From positions 86,793 to 150,792 of the forward strand of contig CAJFCJ010000007.1 of NCBI GenBank assembly GCA_904063045.1: a stretch of 64,000 nt of DNA. The letters are read 5' to 3'. Below are positions 15,165 through 25,805 of the stretch, in pieces; within the stretch, counting starts at the first letter, position 1, and each line of letters starts with the position of its first letter. The notes below the pieces were generated by a model, which saw only the letters and a list, made by a program, of their open reading frames with translations, searched no databases and was not told the DNA's origin. The DNA comes from Dimorphilus gyrociliatus (Eukaryota; Animalia; Annelida). The translations under genes were made by a program, and so were the position numbers.

Positions 15165-18100
15165 ATGGCTAGTGAACTGAATAGTTTACACAACCAAATA
15201 GCTTTGTTGAAAGCTAAAATATTCCGACAAGTTTGTAATCCTTATAACATATCTGTATGAAAAGATAATTTGAAATTCCTCTACCAAAAGCTTATAACCT
15301 AATGCAATTTTGCTGATAATAAGAAAAATAGTCTTATCAGTCTATAATTCAAAATATAATATAATCAATAAAATCGTATTAAGGTTTATATATATGCACC
15401 TTAGAGATTATAAGTAGGATACTCGAGTTTGGTAGTACCTGTAAATTAGATATTACTTTACAGATTAACACTTGCCATAACAACTCTTGCATTTGTCTGG
15501 TAAATAAGTTAATTTTTACTAAATTATATTTTTTAATATAATACATCTATATATATATATTACTAGATATAGCTTAATGAATCTTTTATAGAAAATATAC
15601 TGGTACATAATTAGATATTACTGGCTAGAAAGTTTAACGTTATTTATATTTTAGATAGGATATTGGTATAGAAACAGTAAACTGATAGTTGCTTAGGAAA
15701 AGCAGGATTGTTCTATTGATTAATATAAATATATATTTCTTTTCTGTATTTTACCTAATTTTGTATTATATATATATATATATATATATCGTTTCTTTTT
15801 CCTATATAATTTACAAGAAATTGGATGGAAATGAGGACGTGGAACGTTTACGTACTGCTTCTCTGAAAAAATTTCCAATAGGTTGTCATTGTTTATTTCA
15901 AAACGTTATTATTTACTTTTCCGTATTAAATTACATAAATACAGAAGAACGTCATTTTCCTGACGCTCAGCAGCTAGATCCTGAGATGGAAATTAGCGAG
16001 GACAATGTAAAACTGCATCAAGCTATGTTAAGACGGCAAGAATTATTGGATAGAATAAGGGTGAACTTAGCAATTTATCAAGAATCTGATAGTTTAAACT
16101 GTTTTATTTTTTCTTTCCCTACTCAATATTTTCTCTTTTACATTAGCACGAACGACAGGTTAATGACGAATTAAGGAGGCCAAGATCCTATACAGGTAAA
16201 AGGTATAGAAGTCCTTCTCCTATAGCTCCCTCGAGACATTCTCTTCCTGGTTAGTTATCATTACTACTAAAAAATATCTTACTGAGTAATCACGATTCTT
16301 ATCGTAAGAGAGAGGAAACCGTCACGTTATAGAACATCAATTCAGGCATGTTCAGCAAAGCCCTGTCCATTTACCACCTATCCAACAGCATCCTCCCAGT
16401 CAGCCAATTTATTACCCACCGCCTGTGGTAGAGCAAAAAAACAGCAAAGCAGGTAATTAGCGAGTTAATTAGAGAACTAGTAACGTTATTTTTTATCTTA
16501 TGAAATATTTAAGATGTGATAAGATTAATACATTTTTTTATATCTTTGATTAGAACTTATGGAACTGATGCTTATGCAAAACGCTCAAATTCATCAAATG
16601 GTTATGCAACAGATGATGTTAAGTGCAATTCCTCCAAAACCTTACCAGAATTATCCATCAGAACAGCAAGTAAATTATATTCCGCATTTGATATTAATTC
16701 TCAAGCAAAATCTATAGTAATACTAACCAAACTATTTTCACCTAGAAACCTACAATTAACCATTTCCATCAATATCCTAATCAGTATACCCAACTGCCTC
16801 CAATTCGAACGTATGTATTTTCTACTCTATAATAATCGATTTATCGGTTATTAAAACCATCAATTTTTAAACTGGTTCTTCACAGACAAGGACTTTTGCC
16901 GACAAGACACGAACATAGGCCTCTTCCTATAGGTGATTAAAAATCATTAACTAATCTTTATAAATTAAAATTTACTTATCTGTGTTAATTTATCCTTTTG
17001 TGCTTGTGTAGTTTATGCTAGTCTCTTTTTCATTTGTATTTACGCTGCTTCAGATGCTCAGCAATTTCAAGAATCAGAACTAATCCAGAATTACAGACAG
17101 CAATGATTAACTGTGTGTCAATAATTTTACAATTCCATTATATGATTGTCTTTATTAAGTAATATACTTCTCTGCAAATACCAAAAACAAAAAGAATAAC
17201 GCAAATTCTAAAATAACCGTCGAATACTATTTTGTCTTGACTGTTTTAACAATTATAGTAATAATAGTAATAATAAATTATTATATCAATTATCAAATAC
17301 AATTTTTAATAAAAATCAAAAATCTTCGGCAGAACGTAAATCGTCTAGAAGAAAGCGAAAAATTCCTTTTCCTGGCCCAGGTATATAGGCCTATATTATT
17401 AATAATATTTAATTTATTTTTAATAAACAAATCTTAACAATTAGCATTAAAAAAAACTATTTTCTCTTTGTAAACAGAGTCTTTAAGAAAGTTTAGACGT
17501 GCGGCCTACGCAGCGTATTTCATTAAATTACTTGCCAATAAAAGATTCAGGGTAAGGGATAGTTAGTGATAATTAAATATAAAATAAAGAGATTAAAGAT
17601 AAAAACGAATATAGTACATACTATATTTATAGAAAGAATACTAATAATTAAGTAAAGATAAACTAAACTGAGGTATTTATAACATGTAATTTTTGACTAT
17701 TTACTAGCTTCGTACATCGGATAAAAATACATCTTTTATGTTTGGTATCAACTTGAAGGAGATAGTAGCAGCTCTACATAGAATTTACTTGGAAGTAAGT
17801 AATAATTTATGATAAAATATTATTAGAAGACAGATTAATTCTATGCTATCTAACCTATTAACAAATGAAAAATTTTGTTAAGCGTTTAATTACAAACTAT
17901 TTATCAGCCTACTGGGAAAATTTATTCCGCTTTGAGAGATGCAATTTCCGAGAAATCATCACCGTATGCCATTATCTTTGATTCAAATGCTAAAAAGGAA
18001 GAGTTGAAGAAAACTTATACAGAAATGGAATATGTAGTCGAAAATGTTGTTTACGGAATTACAGCTATTATGGTATGTATAGTTTTTTATTGCGTATACT

Positions 18101-21100
18101 CTAATCTCTGGAAATAAAAAAATAAGTAGTTTTTGATGAAATATTTACAAAATAGCTTTCTAATCCTGTCAAGAGATTATAGTCACAAGCATAAAAAAAA
18201 CTTCACCCCCTCACCCCCTACCCACCTTCTTTTACACCCACCGTTATATCTTTCTATTGATCAATGTTGGTAAATCTTTAAGAGAGCTTAAAATAAAGCC
18301 AGATTTATTCCAAGAAAATACTCCTTGTTTTGTAAACAAGGAAGTATTTGATATATTTTTTTATAAATATAAATATGCAAATGATTTAATATTTATGAAT
18401 AAATAATAGGTAATTAAGTTTAGTAATATTTTATGCATATTCTCATAATTTACTCTCTTCTTTTTGGGTTCTTTGGCACAAGGAAATGTATATTGTATAG
18501 TTTTTTTTGTTTTAATATTGTTAAAAAAAAGGTCGATAGCTTTTTTTTTTTATTTTTACTATGACATTGTATACTTAAACTCAAGTAAATAGGAAGGCCT
18601 TATTTTCGCCTACTTAAATTTTAACATTAAAAGTATTAGTCATCTGTTAAGGTTTTGGATAGGTTTAAATATGAAGTGACAAATACCCAAAAAATTTTTG
18701 TTGGCTTAAGATAAGGATGCTAAACCTGTAAATATCCTCGACCTGGTTATTATTTATTTAAGTATTATTCTAAGGAAAGGTTAGAATTAACTTATAAGAG
18801 CTTGAATAAAAGGAAAATCTATAAGATCACAGAGTTAATTTAAACGGAATAAAAAATAATATTGAAATATGAATGAAATTAACAATTGTAATGATAATGA
18901 CGATTGCGTGCTAAAAATCAATAAGATCTCGACCTCTGATAAGACTTATCATAGTGAAACTGGTTTCGACGCCTATTCAATAGATAAAATCGATGAGAAC
19001 TTGAATGAAAGAATAGAAACTATGGAAAGAGACACTAAAGAGCAGGTTGCTTCGGATACAAAAGCAGGGGACAAAGATAATATTCCCATGGAAGAGAATT
19101 TAAATGAGGAGATAAGTTATACGGCAATCAATTACAATGAAAGAGGAATTAGTCATGATAAAGAAATTAGACAAATGATTGAGCTAAATAAATCTGAAGA
19201 GATAGGAGAATTATTACTTTCAAATATAGAGTTGAATAAAAATCTGGATCTAACAGACGATGACCTCGATTCTATGTTAGAGAATACAAATGTCGAAGAG
19301 ATCAAAAGCAAAGGAAATAACGTTCGATTTAAAATCGAAGACGCTGAAGAGGCCAAAATCGATTTAGAAAAGGAACTAATTAACAATGAGGCAGAATTAA
19401 GTCCTGATGTAGAAAATGATTTAGAGCATTTAAAGTCGCAGTCTAACGAAACAAATGCTTTAAAAATCGAAGAGGTACAAGCTGAAAAAGAAATAGTATC
19501 AGAAATAGGCGGTAAGGATGAAAGAAGCGTTGAATTGCCAACCGAACCGGATGTAGAACGGACGGAACCTACATTCGATAACCAATTGGATAATAAAGAA
19601 GTAATGGAGGAAGCTGAAAGAGAAATACTGGTAGAGTTCGCTGAGAATGAAAACGTTAAAGGGTCAAAATCTCTTGAAATTAAGGAAATTAATATCGAGG
19701 CAAAGGAAACGAATAATGAAGGCAAATTGCGTGAAAAGGAAAATGAAAAACTGGACAAAAGTGGAATCGTAGCAAATGTCCTAAATTTAGAAGAAGAACA
19801 GAAAGAGCAAATTTCACGTAAACATGATGTTGATGGCAATCTCAACCTCGATTTTATTTTAAAAACAAATCAGGATAAGGTTAACCCACAAACAACAAGT
19901 ATTAAAGACGAATATGACTATTATAAAGATCTAGAGGAAACAAGCGTCACTATTGACGAATTGGTGAAAATAAATATGAAATATTTGATTTAGATTTTTC
20001 ACTGTTTATTTCGTAAAGAAAAGCACAAGAAAGATAGATTGATTAAAAGACTTAGTTTAAATAATTCTAATATTCATTCTTACAATATATAGTAGTAACA
20101 TTATCATCTTTTTCTCATTAAAAACAAAACAAAACAAAAAGAAAAGAACAAATAGAAAATGTAAACAACTTTCTAGGTTTTTTTCTTTTGCTCTTTTACG
20201 TTATTGTTTATCCTCTAATTTTTTTTTATTAATGGCTTTTTCTTTTAAATTTTGCCGTTAAAAATCAATAAAACTGTTTCATTTAATATATATATTATGT
20301 TAATGAGTTTCTCTTTAAAGCTTATTTTTTTATGCCTTCTTATCTAGCCAGAAAGCGGAGCTTTGGGAACCAAAAATGTTAAATCCTCAATATTCAGCGT
20401 AGTACAAAATGGTAAAACATTCCCACCGTCGTATTTTTTTAACTTTGAACAGGTACATTTACAGATAGATATGTTTATAATTAATCTCTATTAATAATTA
20501 TTTATATCCTCTTTTAACATAATTGAAATGCGTCTCTATCTATAAAGGAGCGTCTGCGATTTGATGATAGAGGGAGAACGATTGGTTTGACTACTCAAGA
20601 TTCTGTGCTAATTATTATTGGTCTTTTTATATCACGAGCTTTGGTGACAACAGTAAGTATTAGAAATAAAACAACTTTTACCATAGAGATTTCTGAAACA
20701 CATAAAGTAAATCGGCTAATACCATTTGCTATTACTCTTATCACTGGTTACTCATTCCCTTATGTATATATACTGTATTTATAGAAATATATATATATAT
20801 TCAAAATATACAGTATATATTTAAATTGTCTATTGAAAACAGCTTTTAATGAAACCGTACGACTACCAACTATCTGTATCAAGATTGAATGATAAATCAG
20901 AAGGAAATCTAAGGGTCTTATCAAGTATATTTATATACTTGGTAAGGCTTTGCTCAGTAAAGAATGAAAAGGAAATGGCTAAAGCGCCTGTAGAATTGTC
21001 CAACTATTTGTACGATGACACCCAACTGTCTCCCATACTGAAAAAGATGTCGAAGAGTATAAAATATTCAGAAAAATTAATTAGGGATTGGAGTACAAAA

Positions 21101-21163
21101 TATGTTGTACAGCTGAATAATTTAAAAGAAGAAGTAAAAAAATTGGAAAGTTTGTACGAATAA
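15165..21163 (+). CDS. DUF4587-motif protein (C21orf58/PRR29-like N-terminal half plus an uncharacterised helical C-terminal domain), 15 exons, about 541 aa
   Basis: Exons 15165-15230, 15818-15881, 15945-16060, 16147-16249, 16309-16452, 16554-16669, 16746-16810, 16886-16932, 17333-17380, 17478-17551, 17708-17794, 17908-18072, 20348-20452, 20548-20652 and 20843-21163 all have GT..AG boundaries and matching phases (1626 nt). Exon 6 reads ELMELMLMQNAQIHQMVMQQMMLSAIPP, which I recognise as the DUF4587 core. It is preceded by a Pro/Gln-rich segment and by LHQAMLRRQELLDRIR. The first two exons are the least certain. Confidence 0.85.
15688..15701 (+). promoter_or_regulatory. RFX X-box-like site in the first intron of the DUF4587 gene
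   Basis: GTTGCTTAGGAAAA, one mismatch from a GTTGCYNAGGAAAC-type X-box. Confidence 0.3.
17054..17106 (+). CDS. Possible alternative terminal exon of the DUF4587 gene (DAQQFQESELIQNYRQQ*)
   Basis: Strong acceptor TTTACGCTGCTTCAG. Its phase (1) is compatible with exon 8, the frame is open for 17 codons to TGA, and an AATAAA lies near 17272. Confidence 0.4.
18869..19993 (+). CDS. 374-aa acidic (E/D/K/N-rich), low-complexity ORF nested in intron 12 of the DUF4587 gene
   Basis: 1125-nt open frame in very AT-rich DNA, starting at AAATATG with an in-frame TGA at 18863-18865 just upstream. It lies between exons 17908-18072 and 20348-20452, which splice in frame without it. A potential phase-0 donor (TTG|GTGAAA) is at 19964. 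Confidence 0.7.
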   Translation: MNEINNCNDNDDCVLKINKISTSDKTYHSETGFDAYSIDKIDENLNERIETMERDTKEQVASDTKAGDKDNIPMEENLNEEISYTAINYNERGISHDKEIRQMIELNKSEEIGELLLSNIELNKNLDLTDDDLDSMLENTNVEEIKSKGNNVRFKIEDAEEAKIDLEKELINNEAELSPDVENDLEHLKSQSNETNALKIEEVQAEKEIVSEIGGKDERSVELPTEPDVERTEPTFDNQLDNKEVMEEAEREILVEFAENENVKGSKSLEIKEINIEAKETNNEGKLREKENEKLDKSGIVANVLNLEEEQKEQISRKHDVDGNLNLDFILKTNQDKVNPQTTSIKDEYDYYKDLEETSVTIDELVKINMKYLI

Positions 21164-21687
21164 TACAATAGAATATCTATGCATGACAAACAATACAAAT
21201 ATACTGTATATTACTAACTTGTATACGCTAAACTACTTATATAATATTTAGTTACTTTCTAATTACCTTTGCTATTTTTCTGATATCATTCTTTCAATTT
21301 ATCAACAATTCCTTTTCTGAATAAATGATTATCATAAAATAACTAATCTAATCATTTTAGTTTATATAAAGAGAATGAAAATTAAACTATTAAAAGAGAA
21401 TGTAACTATTAATAAAATATTTGAATATTTTGCTTAGTTATGTTTCTTTTTTCAAAGAGGTAACAGCAGTATCTTATTTACTATCTTTTATTGAGGACAG
21501 TGAATCTTTTTTCGAATGGATAATCCATTTTTCTGAAGAATAATACTTTCAAATTTCAGGTTCATATTTTAGATTAACTTTATCCTTCAATATAGAACAA
21601 AAAACTTGGATTTTCTCTAGCGCTAAATAATATCTATGTCGTAAAAAGTGATAGATGGACCAAGTTAACCGCAAAATAAATTACCAG

Positions 21688-21805
21688 TAGTGACATCTAA
21701 AGGCAATAATTTGTATTAGCCGCTATTCCTGTCGTGACTACATTTTATACGGATTCTAAAACCAATATACTTTGGAATATAAATGACAATCACTAGATGC
21801 CACTA
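21688..21805. promoter_or_regulatory. Divergent pair of CTCF-like motifs
   Basis: CCTTTAGATGTCACTA (minus, 21688-21703) and TCACTAGATGCCACTA (plus, 21790-21805), about 0.5 kb downstream of the DUF4587 stop. Confidence 0.35.
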
Positions 21806-24685
21806 CAAGAGATATGGTCTGTAAAGTAACAATCTATTTATATACTGTATATATACAATTTATATATATATACTGAAAATACCGTTATGTTTTTTGCAAA
21901 TATATAAATTATAGTAGCAGTCAGTAGGAAAATAAAGAAACTTTAGTAACAATGCACTTTACAAAATGGTATGGAAAATTCCAAGAACTTTGTAGCATTT
22001 TCATTTTCAAGTCAGTTATAGTTTTTTGTCAATCTGTCATTTAAAGAGTTTAAAATTAGAAAAATAAGAAATCTACTGTCTCTGTAAATAAATGGTGCAT
22101 CTTTTTCCAAAGAATTTTATGATCGATCTATTTGAATATGTTAAAAATTCTTCTTTTTTAGACTATTCGTCCTTGAATTACTAAAATTTAATAATATACA
22201 ATTGTAGTATTAAAATTTGTGTAAAAATATAGTTTCAATGACAGTTATATTGATTATTTTGATGGATAAATAGCAGAGAAATAATGAAATATTTGAATTA
22301 TACAAGCTAAAACCAATATTTTTGTCTTTTTTGAGAAAGAAACATATTCTATTCATTTGAATTTACTCAATTATGATGGAGGAATGGATGTAAGGTTAAA
22401 ATTTCTTACGACGTGTCTATTGGAACGAAAGGAAGAGACCAATGCCATTTTGCTCTCTTTTTTTCTCTTTTACTGACTAATTTTATAATAGTTAATGTAG
22501 CTATTCGTGGGTTGTCTGAAGCTAAGCTTTCATTGGAAATTGTATATGTCTGGATCCTAATTGGTATATGTCCTTATTTTAGTTCTTCTTACTTTTTTCT
22601 TATTTTTTATTACAAGTTGCCATGCTTTTCAATCTTCAAACTACTGTATAATTGATGGATATTGGATGTCTTTTGCCGAAACTTTGCATGCTACCGCGTC
22701 TTTTTTATCAGTTCAACTGTATAAATGTTTACTTATTGATGAAATAGCGTTTCTTTTTCAACCGAAATAACTTTAGTTTCTTGTTGCCCGTTATATTCGA
22801 ATTGTTGAAATTATAAGAATTAGTATAATATTACAAATTTTAACTATTTTACGCTTTAGGAATATTTATTAGTGTATATTGTCCAGCATTAAATGATCAT
22901 TGCTATCTAATATAGTATTTAATTGAAAGATAGTATATGTTAATGTTATAATAAGAAATAATCAAATAATATCGTAATATTCATTGAATATTTATAGCAT
23001 TTTTATTTCTAAATAAATATCTTTTTCGATACTGATAAGAAAGTAAATTGGGTGAGACAGTCTAAAGCAAATCAATATGAAAACTAGTTTTTATTATAAA
23101 TATACTATATATAGTCTATAGCTTCTTTTATTTTACAAGCCTATAAGGGTACTAATCTAATTAAGTAAGATTTACAATATACTGAATTATTGATATTCTC
23201 TTGTTCAAAATTGTTTATATATACAGTCTATAAATTTATATATATATAATACATTTGATTCATAAATATATATATATACTGTGTATATATATAACATATA
23301 TATTATATGTATAACAAGTCCCCAGTAAATTGTGCATTTACAACTTGAGGCTATGCGAAAAAAAGTGTAATTATCTACTGTCAAATGGGATGGTAAAAAT
23401 CGTAAAATAAATTATGGTTATAAAATTATTTTGTCATTTCTTTCCTTCTCATTCCGACCATATCGACATCATCCAATCCTCTTCTTCTTTCCCCTTCCCT
23501 CCATCTTGTTTCTTATCTTAGGGAATACCCAATAACATTTTAGTAATCATTTTCCTTCTGTTTAAATATCAATTTGAATTTTTTCTTTCTACTCTATTTG
23601 CATAATTTTGCAGCAGAAACAAGTTGATTTTATTGGCATTATTAACCGTCTCTTCTCTTTCTCTCTCTCCCTCTTTTTTTTATAGTTCCATGGCGATTGT
23701 TAAAGGCCTCAAAAGGATTTAAAATACTTTGTAAATTAGTTAATATTCCCGAAAGTTTTAATGATTAACAAGAAATATTTTCCTTTAGACTTTTTATCAA
23801 ATTGTTGAGTTATTTTCGAGCATATTATTCTCTTTTCTTATGATATACTGTATTTCTTCAGCAAATAAAGTATCTATACAAAGTACCAATAAATATTTTA
23901 TATGCTAAGTGTAAAAGGATACTTGAAATAAATAGATTAGTAAATTTTAGACAAGAAATCTTTGAAAATAAATATAATTGTTGGCAAACCACTTTAGTTG
24001 GATAAAAGATATTCACACTACAGCACCCTCTAGCGTTTAATTTCCAATTATTCCGGCTGTCTCTAAAAATCAAGCCTACAACTGCAATCAAACTGGACCC
24101 GTCAAATTGCATCTGAAAAAACAACTCAACGTATTGATCAACATCTTGGATCATTTGGACACTCTTCCGTCTCTTTCTATTCACTTTACAAGGTTTATAT
24201 ATTTACCATCTATTTTTTGCCGTTCGCTAGCATAAAATCTCGTAGCCATTTTAACTTGTATACAATACATGATATATAATCTTATTGAGAGCAACTAATT
24301 TCAGTATACTCTTTCTTTCTCCCTATCTATTTCTTATATTTGTATTACCTATTGTTCGAATTAGTCAATTTTTTAGTATAAACAAGTATTTATAAGTGTT
24401 ACAAGACCTTTTACGACATAAGGAAGATACAGTTTATTTTTATGTACACATACTTTTTATATTATATTTGTTAATATAATTTTCGTAATCTCATTTCCAC
24501 ACACACACACACATACACTCTCTTTTTCCCTCTCTCTCTCTACCCTTTCCCCTCTAATAATTTCTTTTTCGCTAGCCATTTGAAAAGGTGTTGGTGCTGG
24601 TGTTCTTGGATTTTTGTAAATTGGTCTTCTTTATCCTTAAAAAGAGAGGCTAATAGACGGGCTTTAACATTAGCTATAGTGAAAA

Positions 24686-24959
24686 ATGTCCCCGGTTTCT
24701 ATAATCTGGATTATACTTGTTTGCTTGTGCTTGTTAGCGGTGGCCACATCTGCAATTGCAGTTATAAGATACTGTCTACAAAAAAGCAGGTTGATTCTTA
24801 ATTCCTTGAAATGCTTTTTTAGTAAAGAATAGTAATGATTTTTAATTTGAAGTTAAAATTCTGTATTCTTTTCTCAGGGAACAAGATTTTACAGAATTAA
24901 CTGAGGAAGAGGAGGAAAACGACGCACTCTCCCATCAAGCTGGAGCATTTCCCATTTGA
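24686..24959 (+). CDS. Small single-pass membrane protein, 61 aa, 2 exons (MSPVSIIWIILVCLCLLAVATSAIAVIRYCLQKSREQDFTELTEEEEENDALSHQAGAFPI)
   Basis: ATG in AAAAATG context with an in-frame TGA upstream. Exon 24686-24789 (phase 2, GT donor), an 88-bp intron ending TTTTCTCAG, then exon 24878-24959. The product has a hydrophobic run of about 23 aa, basic stop-transfer residues and an acidic tail. GC content is above the flanks. Confidence 0.7.
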
Positions 24960-25761
24960 CGAAATATGGAATATGAAACACAACCTTTCGTTCACTTTCT
25001 CGTTCTCTCTCCGCTTCAAAAGCCTGAAATAGCTAGGGGGCAGCATTACAAATGATTATGATTATTTCGGTTTTTCTCTATTTTTTTATATTAAATATTC
25101 TATCCTTGAAGAGATTTTACGCATATATAAACGTGATTGCATATTTTCTCAAATGATAAAGAACAGAGATGTATTCAGTTGAATTTTATACAAAAGAAAT
25201 TTGCCTTTCATTCTCAAGCGAATCATGCATGACAAACTAATATCACCATGATCCTTTAAAACAGCCCGAGAGGCGAGTTGTCTCATGCCAGCTGGGTCTC
25301 TTTGTACTTAAATAGCTTAAATTTATTTATTTTTTTCTAAGAAGACAATCGTAGGTTCCAAAAAAGGACATTTTTTTTAAAGAAAAAATAGGTACTATAA
25401 ACAAATGCTCCCTTTAATAGAAAATACGTAATTTTACAACATCCTTTTTCGTTGTCTTCCTTATTCTTATATTCATGGACAAGAAGTTTTAAAACTGGTA
25501 CCAATATAAAGAAAATAATTTCCCTTGCCTGCAATCAATATTGCAGTCTATAAGGGTATACATAAAAAACTTGTTCTAAAGCTTATTCTGGTTGTAAAAC
25601 AGCTATTCTGACGAAAAGGGGAGAACGTTATTTTTTTCATATGTTATTTTTATACAAAGATAAATAGTGTATACACAATATGTATACAAATTTTTTGCTC
25701 TATATATATATATTTGCATATGTATATATATATATACAGTATATACTGTATATATTACAAA

Positions 25762-25805
<44 letters not shown>

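Noticed and set aside
14854-15172. Lys/Arg-rich plus and Phe/Leu-rich minus ORFs
   Set aside because: Purine-rich low-complexity and (AG)n sequence upstream of the DUF4587 gene; TTG starts.
15689-16174. 161-aa ORF taken as a single exon
   Set aside because: It reads through a TA microsatellite and a 63-bp in-frame intron; only the parts matching exons 2-3 of the DUF4587 gene are credible.
19153-19845. 230-aa Ser/Phe/Leu-rich minus-strand ORF
   Set aside because: Antisense shadow of the Glu/Lys-rich plus-strand ORF 18869-19993; its composition is what the reverse complement of GAA/AAA codons gives.
22330-22770. Exon-like segments and two 70-80 aa ORFs
   Set aside because: The splice phases do not chain into an open frame and no motif is recognisable.
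23858-24184. 108-aa minus-strand ORF
   Set aside because: Non-ATG start, no homology signal and no convincing splice structure; the region may instead be a 5' UTR exon of the microprotein gene.
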